NCBI GenBank assembly: GCA_002269645.1
Contig: NIVC01003818.1
Span: 1-41,656, forward strand
Length of the DNA stretch: 41,656 nucleotides
DNA from: Macrostomum lignano
Taxonomy: Eukaryota
Direction of reading: 5' to 3'
The notes under the pieces are model-generated. The model made no database searches and was not told the origin of the DNA. It saw only the letters and a program-made list of their open reading frames with translations. How positions within the stretch are numbered: the stretch's first letter is position 1; the number at the start of each line of letters is the position of its first letter. The position numbers were made by a program, and so were the translations under genes. Shown here piece by piece: positions 1 to 9,946 of this stretch.

Positions 1-72
1 TTTGGGGCGAAAAGGAAGAGAAATTGATAAGAGAGGGCTTAGAATCGGAATTACTGAATTTCGGAAAGGAAG

Positions 73-483
73 GAGAGGGTGCAGGAGTGATTGAGAGGGT
101 GCAGGAGTGACTGAGAGGGTGCAGGAGTGACTGAGAGGGTGCAGGAGTGATTGAGAGGGTGCAGGAGTGATTGAGAGGGTGCAGGAGTGACTGAGAGGGT
201 GCAGGAGTGACTGAGAGGGTGCAGGAGTGACTGAGAGGGTGCAGGAGTGACTGAGAGGGTGCAGGAGTGATTGTGATGGTGCAGGAGTGATTGAGAGGGT
301 GCAGGACTGATTGTGAGGGTGCAGGAGTGATTGAGAGGGTGCAGGAGTGATTGTGAGGGTGCAGGAGTGATTGTGAGGGTGCAGAAGTGATTGTGAGGGT
401 GCAGGAGTGATTGTGAGGGTGCAGAAGTGATTGTGAGGGTGCAGAAGTGATTGTGAGGGTGCAGGAGTGATTGAGAGGGTGCA
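73..483 (+). repeat. 20-bp minisatellite (GAGAGGGTGCAGGAGTGA[C/T]T), about 20 copies
   Basis: Direct periodicity in the sequence; it explains the repetitive minus-strand ORF 51..731. Confidence 0.95.
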
Positions 484-992
484 AAGCTGGGGGAAAGCCA
501 CGCCGGGGTGGGGTGGGGCAAAGAGGCAAGCCACTCAGGCTTGGGGGTGGGCAAGCCACGCAGGGGTGGGGGGCAAAATTCACAGAGTTGAAGGGCGAGA
601 GAGATAGAAGGTGGAATCCGGAAGTCTAGCCAATCAGCGGTCTTCTTGTCTAGAGACATGAGCTGCCAAGCCCAAACGACGAGAGAAACCAAAAGTGGGC
701 AGCCAACTAGAATACGAAAGAACGAAAACATTGGCGGGATAAGGCAGAAGACAGACTAGAATGAACAAACGAAAGGAAAAGAAGAGGCTGGGGTTCTATT
801 CTTTCCTCCATGGTTTTAGTTGTCTCTTGATGATCTACTAATCCACACTAAGTCGGCAGAGTTATAAATAAAGTTCCTACAGCAGCAGTTCGGCCATAGA
901 CAGACGGATCAAACCTGCGCCCATATGCAGATAGAAGCCTAGCGGGATGAAAATCCGCCAGCACAGCTCAGATAACCAAGAGTAAACACAGA

Positions 993-1601
993 ATGGGGCA
1001 GCAGGCTAAGAAGAAGCCGAGCCTCGCCGCTGATGAAGTCGGGCAGCTGGACAGCGACTACAAGGACGCCTTCATGCGGCGCCTGGCCACCGACATGCAG
1101 GCGGAAGGCGTGGCCCCCAACGATCTCAAGAAGCGCTTCGGCCTGGCCAAGGACAGCCTGGACCGTCTGCTGCCCGAGTACAAGCTGCTGCTGTCCCGCT
1201 TCGACCTCAGCTTGTACAGCTACTGCCAGGAGGCGCTGACGGCCCGCTACCTGCACAGCAAGCAGATCGGCTCCGACCAGATCATCCAGACCTCCAGCTC
1301 CTCGCACAACATCATCGAGGTCGACGAGGCGGCCGTGGCGGCGGCGGCTGAGGCGCACCGCCGGCGCTGGAAGGAGATGCAGCGCCAGGAGCTGCACAAG
1401 GCCAGCCGGGAGAAGCTGGGCAACGTGATGGAGCTCATCCGGTCCGAGGAGCGGCCCGTGCAGGCCTTCCCCGAGGGGGGCGCCAACAGTGAGAGCGGCG
1501 CGGCCGACCTCGGCACCAGCGGCTCCGGCGGCGCTTCCGGCGTTGGCGCCAGCGCGGACGGCGGTGCCACAGTCACTGGCGACCGCGGCACGGGCGCCTG
1601 A
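993..1601 (+). CDS. Hypothetical 202-aa protein (predicted helical core, G/A/S-rich tail); no family recognised
   Basis: Uninterrupted ATG-TGA ORF with the strong C/G third-position bias of the spliced genes in this window; AATAAA at 1732-1737 downstream. It could also be the terminal exon of a longer gene. Confidence 0.6.
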   Translation: MGQQAKKKPSLAADEVGQLDSDYKDAFMRRLATDMQAEGVAPNDLKKRFGLAKDSLDRLLPEYKLLLSRFDLSLYSYCQEALTARYLHSKQIGSDQIIQTSSSSHNIIEVDEAAVAAAAEAHRRRWKEMQRQELHKASREKLGNVMELIRSEERPVQAFPEGGANSESGAADLGTSGSGGASGVGASADGGATVTGDRGTGA

Positions 1602-1731
1602 GGAACCTCCACTTCTCTGAATCCAGCTGACTGACAGTGGCGGGACTGAGTGCTTCTGTTTCTGTGCGAATTCCATTCGGTTGCTGAAGTTCTGCTCAAA
1701 TTCCTGTGAAGGCTTTGAAAAAACTTTTCTG

Positions 1732-1737
1732 AATAAA
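1732..1737 (+). promoter_or_regulatory. Candidate polyadenylation signal for the 993-1601 ORF
   Basis: AATAAA about 130 nt after the stop codon, followed by T/GT-rich sequence. Confidence 0.4.
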
Positions 1738-1799
1738 GCATTTAAGTTTTAGTCCGTGACTTCTGACTCAGGATTGGAAACGATGTGCGGTTTTTCTGG

Positions 1800-1971
1800 C
1801 AGCGGAGTCCTGAAGGACAAGGAGGGAGACAGCGGAGTCCTGAAGGACAAGGAGGGAGACAGCGGAGCCCTGAAGGACAGGGAGGGAGACAGCGGAGCCC
1901 TGAAGGACAGGGAGGGAGACAGCGGAGCCCTGAAGGACAGGGAGGGAGACAGCGCAGACCTGAAGGACAGG
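1800..1971 (+). repeat. 30-bp minisatellite (CAGCGGAGCCCTGAAGGACAGGGAGGGAGA), about 6 copies
   Basis: Direct periodicity. Confidence 0.92.
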
Positions 1972-2455
1972 TAGGAGATGAAATCTGTTGGTTGCCTGTG
2001 GCGGCACAGCGGCGGCACAACAGTGGCAGCAGGTACTTTTCATTCCGGATACGGAACTCTGGGGCCCACTTTAGCAGAGCGACCCAGACGGGCTCCACAC
2101 AATCATACAGCTCAGCATTGCGGCGCTCAGAATGCTGGCCTTCGTTGCAATAAAGTTTTTCTCAGTGAATTTAGAAAAGTAAAAAGCAGAAAATCATCCT
2201 GTGCGGGACGACTCCTGCGGAGCCGCCCGTGCTCAGCGCCGGAAATGGAAAACTGGAAATGCGAAGAGTTCCGCTTTTTGCAGAGTTGGGCTGGGGATGG
2301 GCAGGCGCTGGCTGCTGGCGCTGCGGGCGCTGCGGGCTTGGGTCTGGAAAAATCCTGCCAGGCTTGAAAATGCTGACTGCGCCTGATAAAGTTGCTGGGG
2401 CTTTTAGTGGATTTATGAAATTTGCATGCAGAGTAGTGAAGGGGGGAGAGCGGAG

Positions 2456-2598
2456 AAGGGTAGGGACAAGGGTGGAGAAGGGTAGGGACAGGGAGGAGAA
2501 GGGTAGGGACAGGGTTGAGAAGGGTAGGGACAGGGTGGAGAAGGGTAGGGACAGGGTTGAGAAGGGTAGGGACAGGGTTGAGAAGGGTAGGGACAGGG
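2456..2598 (+). repeat. 21-bp G-rich minisatellite (GAAGGGTAGGGACAGGGTTGA), about 7 copies
   Basis: Direct periodicity; three GGG runs per unit. Confidence 0.92.
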
Positions 2599-2974
2599 CG
2601 GATTAGGCAGGGCTATACCGTGCCAGTGGAGCATTGTGTAGGGCAGCAATCAGCGCAAGTCAGAGTTTCTACAGTTGCCATAGCAGCGAATTGCACCTGC
2701 AATTTCCATGTAGTAAATTGAAGCAATTATCTGATGAAGCGATTCAGGAGATCAGCCTCAGAGTTGTCTCCAGCAGGAAATTCGGCTTTTTCCCTGGTTT
2801 GCACTTGTCAGACCTCCAGCCATGAGTGGCCAAATCCACCCACTTACCCGCTCCCATCTCCCCTCTCGCCAGCAGCTCTCAGTCAGGGAATGCTTGTCAA
2901 AGTCCAGGGGCTTTAGCGCATCAGCACTCAGTGGGTTTGAGGCACTTGTACAGCAGGCAATTGTTCAGCAGGCA

Positions 2975-3270
2975 GGGGGTTGCAGCCCAGTGTTTAGAGC
3001 GTCGCACTCACGACCGAACGGTCAGGGGTTCGATTCTCAACCTACTCGTAACAATTAGTGTCCTTGAGCAAGGCCACTTACCTCTACATAGCTTCAGTTC
3101 AACCCAGCTGTAAAATGGGTGCCAGCATTAGCTGGGGCAACTGAGGGTGTGTGTGGCGCCCCCACTCCAGGCCTTGGACTGAACAGCCGTAGGCAGCTTT
3201 CAGATGCGCGCTGCGCAATAGCTGCGGCTGAGCTGTCGGTTGTAATAAAAATGTATTTGTGTAATAAAAA
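2975..3270 (+). mobile_element. tRNA-derived CORE-type SINE
   Basis: tRNA-like head with A-box-like GCAGCCCAGTGTTTAGAGC (2982-3000) and B box GGTTCGATTC (3027-3036). It is followed by GTGTCCTTGAGCAAGGCCACTTACCTCT...CTTCAGTT...CTGTAAAATGGG (3058-3119), which resembles the MIR/CORE consensus as I recall it, and an AATAAAA-rich end (3244-3270). Confidence 0.75.
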
Positions 3271-3670
3271 CAGCAGGCACTTGAGCAGCACTGTACAGTG
3301 TACAGTGTACAAGCACTTGTACACTGTCTGGCTTCGCTCTCGCATTCTCACCAATATTACTACTTCTGCATTCAAAAGCTTTCATGGGTTAATTTCCTGA
3401 GCTGCAGAAGGGCTCTTTTTCCCAACCAGTTGGCACGGGATGGCGGCGCTCTCCCGACGGCTTGGCTGATTGGCTGGGGCCTCCCACAGTTGAAAAGCGG
3501 CTAAAAAGCGCGGAGAGCGCAGGGCTGTGCGCCGCTGCCTGCTGAGCTCAAGCCTGACTGCTCAAGTTGAGCTGCAGACTTCGCTTCCCCAACCTCAGAT
3601 CCCCAGTCTCTCGCCTGTTTCCAGCCCCCATGGTAGTGCCGGGCTAGCCGTGAGTTCGAATCCGTGCTCC

Positions 3671-4384
3671 ATGTTCACCCGGCCCACCGCCGCCACGCCG
3701 GAGTCGCCGGTCGCGACTGTTGCCGACGAGGCTCCGGCGCCGCCGCCCGCGATGGCAGCCGCCGTTGCGGCCGCCGGTGCCGTCAGCTTCGAGGACGAGG
3801 AGCTCGACGACTTCGACGACTTCGCGGGCTACGGCGTCATCGCTGAGAGCTCCGCCGACCTGACCGGAGCCGGCGGATTCGCCGACCTCGCCACATCGTC
3901 AGGCATGAAGAGCCAGGCGACGCTGACGGACTGCAGCCACACCGCCCTGCCGGAGGTCGGCGAGCTGCTGCAGGACCGCGTCAAGCTGATGCTATGCGGC
4001 GGCCTCGTCCTGCTGCACAGCGTGGCGCTCATCGTGCTGGACGTGCTGATGATGCGCCGCCGCTGCTCCCCCATGCTCGGCGGCTCCTTCGCCGTCTTCG
4101 CCGCCGCTTTAGCCGTTGCCATAGCAACCACCCTGCTCGTCTTCGTCCGAGTCTTTGGTCGGCGCGCCATCGTCATCGTCGCTTGCGTCTGGACGGCCAG
4201 CCTGACGACGGACGCCTGCTGGGTCTGCCTGACCTTCCCGCGGCTGGACATCAGCAGCTGCCTGGGCACCGCTATGATCGGCGTGACGGCCGTGGGGCTC
4301 GTGGCCTGCCCGGCCAGCCTGGTGGCCTTCGTCATCATGCACAGCTGGTACCGGGTGAAGCCCAGCGAGGGCCAGGGCCAGTGA
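3671..4384 (+). CDS. Hypothetical membrane protein with an acidic N-terminus and about four TM helices (237 aa from ATG 3671)
   Basis: GC3-biased ORF (track ORF 3527..4384; first in-frame ATG at 3671). Four hydrophobic stretches lie in the C-terminal half. Confidence 0.65.
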   Translation: MFTRPTAATPESPVATVADEAPAPPPAMAAAVAAAGAVSFEDEELDDFDDFAGYGVIAESSADLTGAGGFADLATSSGMKSQATLTDCSHTALPEVGELLQDRVKLMLCGGLVLLHSVALIVLDVLMMRRRCSPMLGGSFAVFAAALAVAIATTLLVFVRVFGRRAIVIVACVWTASLTTDACWVCLTFPRLDISSCLGTAMIGVTAVGLVACPASLVAFVIMHSWYRVKPSEGQGQ

Positions 4385-4406
4385 CCCTCTGGGCTCTACT
4401 GGGGAG

Positions 4407-4462
4407 ATTAGATAGATAGATGATAGATAGATAGATCGATGATAGATAGATAGATAGATAGG
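4407..4462 (+). repeat. (GATA)n microsatellite
   Basis: Imperfect GATA run directly visible. Confidence 0.9.
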
Positions 4463-5366
4463 TAGGAAGGCGCCTACACCATTACTGCACCTGTGCCCCA
4501 GCCTGTGAGACACGGTCTTCCCCCTGTTAAACACGGGTGCCAGAGCAGGACATGCGGCAGCCCTGGAAACCCGGAGATCCCGCTGCACAACGTCTCAGAA
4601 TGCTGCTGCTATTGAGCTGAACATCGATGAGGCTGTGGCCGCCGCAGCTGTTTTTCGAGACCTGTAAAATATCATACAATATACAATGCAACTGAGTTGT
4701 TCTTCGCTTTTTGCTAAAATTTCCTGCGCACCGGCGGGTGCTCTTGAGTCCGAGCCAGGCTTATTTTTGCGATTCCCCGCCTTTCCGGGCAGTCCGAGTG
4801 GCCAAGGAGCTCAATGCGGAAAATTCCTCGGCAAGCCAGCCCGCTGCTGCCAGACACGCCTGAGTCTCCCTCAGTGTCGCTCGCCAAATTCCAGACTGCT
4901 CGCCCACCTGTCTCACAGGCAAACAATGCCCCCCCCCCTCCGCATTGTGTCCCCGGCTCTGCCACTCTGCCCTCTCCTCTGTCCCCGCCCCTCCTGTTGC
5001 CACGGTGATCAGCTCCTGGAAGACAGCAAGACGGCGCCCGCCCCGCCCCGCTGCCTTGAGGCTCCGCAGCCGGCTGTACTCTGCATGGCCTTCCCGGCCG
5101 CCTTGAGGCTGCCGAGAGTTCAGAGCTGCAGCCCCACCCGCTCCGTGGTGATGAGGCGGGACGCGCCAGTCTGCCTGTGAGTAGCAACAGGCCGGCTGTG
5201 ACTGGTGCGTCTTCCTTGCCCATTGTTCGACTAACTGCTTCAGAAGCTTCAGTGCTTTGCTGAGCCTCAGCGGGCGAGCTGGAAGCGACACCTCTGAATA
5301 ATAGCGCAGGAAATTGACCGAGAAAATGCATGGAATGCGTAGAAAATGCGGAGAAAGAAATTCAGA

Positions 5367-5900
5367 GGGAGCAGACACAGGTAGAGAGCAGACACACAAG
5401 CAGAGAGCAGACACACAAGCAGAGAGCAGACACACAAGCAGAGAGCAGACACAGGGAGCAGACACACAAGCAGAGAGCAGACACACAAGTAGAGAGCAGA
5501 CACACAAGCAGAGAGCAGAGACACAAGCAGAGAGCAGACACACAAGCAGAGAGCAGACACAGGGAGCAGACACACAAGCAGAGAGCAGACACACAAGTAG
5601 AGAGCAGACACACAAGTAGAGAGCAGACAAACAGGTAGAGAGCAGACACACAAGCAGAGAGCAGACACACAAGCAGAGAGCAGACACAGGGAGCAGACAC
5701 ACAAGCAGAGAGCAGACACACAAGCAGAGAGCAGACACACAAGCAGAGAGCAGACACAGGGAGCAGACACACAAGCAGAGAGCAGACACAGGGAGCAGAC
5801 ACACAAGCAGAGAGCAGACACAGGGAGCAGACACACAAGCAGAGAGCAGACACAGGGAGCAGACACACAAGCAGAGAGCAGACACAGGGAGCAGACACAG
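5367..5900 (+). repeat. Compound minisatellite of about 19/13-bp units (GAGAGCAGACACACAAGCA / GGGAGCAGACACA)
   Basis: Direct periodicity; it generates the spurious Cys/Leu-rich ORFs 4761..5975, 5267..5866 and 5362..5898. Confidence 0.93.
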
Positions 5901-6245
5901 CGTACAGAGAGCAGCGTACTGCATGGATAAAGTTCTGTTCTGTTTATAAACTGAAGCTTGCAAATTTGGGAGCATTTAAGGTAGTAAAAAACATTTTGAC
6001 AATTTTTACACTTTCTACCTTTTTCTCCTACTTTAAGTAGGCAATTGCAGTTGTCATATGCCAGTTAGTACATGCTAGTCACAATTTTGCGTCTGAAGGA
6101 ATGACCTGCAAGAATGTCACACTTTTGCCTTGGCAGCTATGAGTCAACAACTCAACACGGTGGACTTTAGTCATCCTTTAGGATCTTCTTTGGACTCGAA
6201 GAATTTATACCAAACTCGAGACAGTAGGGTATTCCAGTGCCTTGA

Positions 6246-7110
6246 GCTGGGTGCCCCTTCTGCCTTAGTCTGGGTGTCCTTACTGCCTTAGTCTGGGTGT
6301 CCCTACTGCCTTAGTCTGGGTGTCCCTACTGCCTTAATCTGGGTGTCCCTACTGCCTTAATCTGGGTGTCCTTACTGCCTTAATCTGGGTGTCCTTACTG
6401 CCTTAATCTGGGTGTCCCTACTGCCTTAATCTGGGTGTCCTTACTGTCTTAATCTGGGTGTCCCTACTGCCTTAGTCTGGGTGTCCTTACTGCCTTAATC
6501 TGGGTGTCCTTACTGCCTTAATCTGGGTGTCCCTACTGCCTTAATCTGGGTGTCCCTACTGCCTTAATCTGGGTGTCCCTACTGCCTTAGTCTGGGTGTC
6601 CTTACTGCCTTAATCTGGGTGTCCTTACTGCCTTAATCTGGGTGTCCCTACTGCCTTAATCTGGGTGTCCCTACTGCCTTAATCTGGGTGTCCCTACTGC
6701 CTTAATCTGGGTGCCCCTACTGCCTTAGTCTGGGTGTCCCTACTGCCTTAGTCTGGGTGTCCCTACTGCCTTAGTCTGGGTGTCCCTACTGCCTTAGTCT
6801 GGGTGTCCCTACTGCCTTAGTCTGGGTGTCCCTACTGCCTTAGTCTGGGTGTCCCTACTGCCTTAGTCTGGGTGTCCCTACTGCCTTAGTCTGGGTGTCC
6901 CTACTGCCTTAGTCTGGGTGTCCCTACTGCCTTAGTCTGGGTGTCCCTACTGCCTTAGTCTGGGTGCCCCTTCTGCCTTAGTCTGGGTGTCCTTACTGCC
7001 TTAGTCTGGGTGTCCCTACTGCCTTAGTCTGGGTGTCCCTACTGCCTTAGTCTGGGTGTCCCTACTGCCTTAGTCTGGGTGTCCCTTCTGCCTTAATCTA
7101 ATTGTCCCTA
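6246..7110 (+). repeat. 23-bp minisatellite (CTGGGTGTCC[C/T]TACTGCCTTA[G/A]T), about 37 copies
   Basis: Direct periodicity. Confidence 0.96.
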
Positions 7111-7880
7111 CTGCCATAAACTCAATGAATCTGATCAACGCCATAAATTTTAGCTGGCAAGGTTTTTCCAAAAAGGCCAGGCTGTACTCAGAAAGGCTGA
7201 CGCGGCTTTGTAAATGCCGGTGTTGGCATCTGTTTTATTATTAGCTTTCTAAGAACTGCTCTCAAGCTGTTTTGTTAGCCAGAACGCTGGAAGAGCATCG
7301 CACAGACTGATGAGTGAGACAAAAGGTGAGAGTTTGTGAGCTCAGACGAGCTCTGCTCTGAGTTGGCCAGGCCCCAATGCCGCAGCAGGACTAACTGGTT
7401 TCCAGAGCTGGCACTGAGGCCCCTGCACACATGCCGAACTGGACGAGTGCAAATGACAGAATCTGCAGTATAAGCTCATCGATTTGCTGAATGTTTTCAA
7501 TAACATTATATGCGTGTGATTAATGCCGATGTACTATAAAGCGAATCAATGAATCGTAGCAAAGTGCCACTTAAAGCAATCGTCGCGTTCAAAACTGGAA
7601 GACACCACAAGGTCAAACTGAGCAGACTTGTGAGTTGAATGGAAGCACAAACAAGCAAATTCACCTGAAAGCAAAATGCAACAAACAGTCGAGTCAAACG
7701 GAGTAGAGAATAAAAATGATTCAGCAGAACTGGAAAAGTAAAAAACTGAGCACAAGAGAAAGGAAGACGGCAGCTGCGCGCTTGTCTGTGGATTGTGAGA
7801 AGTCTGGGAATTCGCATTAACTAATATTCGGAGAGGTGATAACCTCAGATGACCGCATGGGAAACTTGCGGAAGACGCCG

Positions 7881-8184
7881 TCACATCAGACCGCACTTGG
7901 CCGGCCGGCCAGAGTCATCGCTGCCCGAGTCACTCAGATTGTTTGGCCGCGGCCGGTTCCGCTGCAGCTCCTTTTGCCGCTGCTTCTCCCGCTTCTTGGC
8001 TTGCTTCTTCTGCTCTTTGGAGGAGACTGGCGAGCTGAGCTGAGCTGAGGAGGCTTGCTGCTTTTGCTGCGTCGCCTTCTGTTGCAGTTGCTTCTGCTGT
8101 AGCTGCTCTTTCTGCTGCTTTTGCTTTCCTGACGGCTCCTCGGGAATTGCGGAGGGGTGTCTGGCGGCTGCTGGGGCTCGGAAG
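7881..8184 (-). CDS. RPS6KB: S6 kinase terminal exon: Q/K-rich tail ending SGRPAKCGLM* (CaaX box)
   Basis: Pyrimidine-rich acceptor TTCCTTTGCCTGTCCCACCGCAG|C. The phase-2 join gives a 100-codon open frame ending ATG TGA at 7881. Confidence 0.78.
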
Positions 8185-8265
8185 CTGCGGTGGGACAGGC
8201 AAAGGAATTACAGTTCTCCTGGAACCACTGTGTGACTCTCCACTACTTCTGTGTGACTGTGTGTC

Positions 8266-8850
8266 CAGAGTGAATCTCAGCACAGAGTGAATCTTTAGTC
8301 CAGAGTGAATCTTTAGTCCAGAGTGATTCTTTAGTCCAGAGTGAATCTCAGTCCAGAGTGAATCTCAGTCCAGAGTGAATCTCAACCCAGAGTGAATCTT
8401 TAGTCCAGAGTGAATCTCAGCCCAAAGTGAATCTTTAGTCCAGAGTGAATCTCAGTCCAGAGTGAATCTCAGCCCAGAGTGAATCTTTAGTCCAGAGTGA
8501 ATGTCAGCCCAGAGTGAATCTCAGCCCAGAGTGAATCTCAGCCCAGAGTGAATCTCAGCTCAGAGTGAATCTCAGCTCAGAGTGAATCTCAGCTCAGAGT
8601 GGATCTCAGCTCAGAGTGGATCTCATCTCAGAGTGAATCTCAGCTCAGAGTGAATCTCAGCACAGAGTGAATCTCAGTCCAGAGTGAACCTCAGTCCAGA
8701 GTGAATCTCAGTCCAGAGTGAATCTCAACCCAGAGTGAATCTTTAGTCCAGAGTGAATCTCAGCTCAGAGTGAATCTCAGCTCAGAGTGAATCTCAGCTC
8801 AGAGTGAATCTCAGCTCAGAGTGAATCTCAGCTCAGAGTGGATCTCAGCC
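8266..8850 (+). repeat. 17/18-bp minisatellite (CAGAGTGAATCTCAGTC / CAGAGTGAATCTTTAGTC) filling the last S6K intron
   Basis: Direct periodicity; lies inside intron 8185-8858. Confidence 0.94.
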
Positions 8851-8858
8851 AGTCTTAC

Positions 8859-8974
8859 CCAGTGGCGCCGGTCAGACTGGAGCGCCGCCTTGCAACCGCT
8901 GCTTGCCGGCTGCCTGCGCTCCAAGGCTCCTTGGTGACCACGTCCAGCACAGCGGGGTCAACAAAGGTGAAGCC
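8859..8974 (-). CDS. RPS6KB: S6 kinase exon (hydrophobic motif): GFTFVDPAVLDVVTKEPWSAGSRQAAVARRRSSLTGAT
   Basis: Acceptor CTTTTAG|GGC. Joined to the previous exon it gives LFEGFTFV (FxxFT hydrophobic motif). Donor GG|GTAAGA is phase 2. Confidence 0.88.
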
Positions 8975-9065
8975 CTAAAAGGGTTGTTTGCGTATGCGCT
9001 ACTTCAAGTAGAGTTTTTGAAAAGACAAAAACTTCAACTCAGAGACTGCATCTGCATCGGCAAAC

Positions 9066-9176
9066 CTCAAACAGTTCGGCAGCGGAAGCCGTCAGCTCAG
9101 AGTCGTCCTCGGGTGACTCCACAGGGTTTTCGTGCGTGAATTTCGGGTCAAACAGGGACACGTCCGTGTCTGAGGC
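9066..9176 (-). CDS. RPS6KB: S6 kinase exon (turn motif): ASDTDVSLFDPKFTHENPVESPEDDSELTASAAELFE
   Basis: Not in the ORF track. Translated by hand between acceptor GGCAG| and donor |GTTTGC; it matches the AGC C-tail pattern DVSxFDxxFT..PVDSP. Confidence 0.88.
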
Positions 9177-9225
9177 CTGCCACAATGAGGTTTAGGGGTT
9201 GGATCTGGCTCACAGTGTGCCCTGC

Positions 9226-9460
9226 TAATACACTGCCCATACTTCTGATGCACTGTACACACTACTGATACACTGTCCATACTTCTGATGCACTGTACAC
9301 ACTACTGATACACTGCCCATACTACTAATATGCTGTACACACTACTGATACACTGCCCATACTACTAAGATACTGTAAAAAACTACTGATACACTACCCA
9401 TACTAATATACTCTACACATTACTGATGGACAATCCACACTACTGATGCGCTGTCCACAC
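9226..9460 (+). repeat. Degenerate 20/40-bp tandem repeat (CATACTACTGATACACTGCC-like) in an S6K intron
   Basis: Direct periodicity; lies inside intron 9177-9509. Confidence 0.85.
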
Positions 9461-9509
9461 AAGTTTCCAAGAACTTTGCAATCAATGGAAATTCCACAGA
9501 AGGCCTTAC

Positions 9510-9946
9510 CAACACGGAGGCAGGCCGGAACGGCGGGCTGTAGTTAAGGTCGCGCACCCGACGCCAGTCAACGCTGCGGAAGAACGGGTGCCGCTTGAGC
9601 TCCTCGACACCGGTTGGTCCGGAGCCGATTCTGTCGCGCACCCGGCGATTCAAAAGGCCTCGTAGCAGCGAGCGGGCCTCGTCACTGAGGTACTCGGGCA
9701 CCGACAGCTTGGCCTTGATGATGCGCTCAATGGTCTCCTTGCGGGTGTCGCCGCTGAAGGGCGGTCCGCCTGACAGCATGTCGTACATGAGGGTGCCCAG
9801 ACTCCACCAGTCCACGGCGCGGCCGTGGCCCTCCCGCAGGATGATCTCGGGCGCCATGTAGTCGATGGTGCCGCAGAATGTGTTGGTGATGCCGCCCTCG
9901 TTCACGGCCACTTTGCTGAGGCCAAAGTCTGTCAGCTTGATATGGC
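9510..9946 (-). CDS. RPS6KB: S6 kinase exon (DFG, activation loop, C-lobe)
   Basis: GHIKLTDFGLSK, TNTFCGTIDYMAPE, VDWWSLG, HPFFRSVDW. Acceptor GCAG|GCC matches phase 1; donor TTG|GTAAGG is phase 0. Confidence 0.93.

Noticed and set aside
51-731. 226-aa minus-strand ORF with SQSLLHP repeats
   Set aside because: It is a translation of the 20-bp minisatellite, which lacks stops in that frame; no coding signal.
939-1676. Antisense ORFs overlapping GC3-rich genes (also 3829..4338, 30884..31648 and others)
   Set aside because: These are shadow ORFs expected opposite GC-biased coding sequence.
1749-2153. Several overlapping ORFs over the 30-bp repeat
   Set aside because: The unit length is a multiple of 3 and stop-free, so it is open in many frames; nothing favours one frame.
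2976-3045. tRNA gene
   Set aside because: No complete cloverleaf or acceptor stem, and it is directly followed by a CORE-like block, so it is a SINE head.
4714-5975. Long Cys/Leu-rich ORFs (metallothionein- or keratin-like appearance)
   Set aside because: These are products of the GAGAGCAGACAC minisatellite; several frames are open at once.
6246-7110. CRISPR-like appearance of the 23-bp and 29-bp (33910-34640) arrays
   Set aside because: The units abut with no unique spacers, there are no cas genes, and the context is eukaryotic.
7286-7430. Possible plus-strand exons (AAAG|GTGAGA donor, CCAG| acceptor)
   Set aside because: Short, with no recognisable product or linked upstream exons; cannot be supported.
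7930-8283. Track ORF MLRFTLD...AAAKQSE as the S6K tail
   Set aside because: It starts inside the intronic repeat, and the upstream donor phase (2) selects the other frame ending CGLM.
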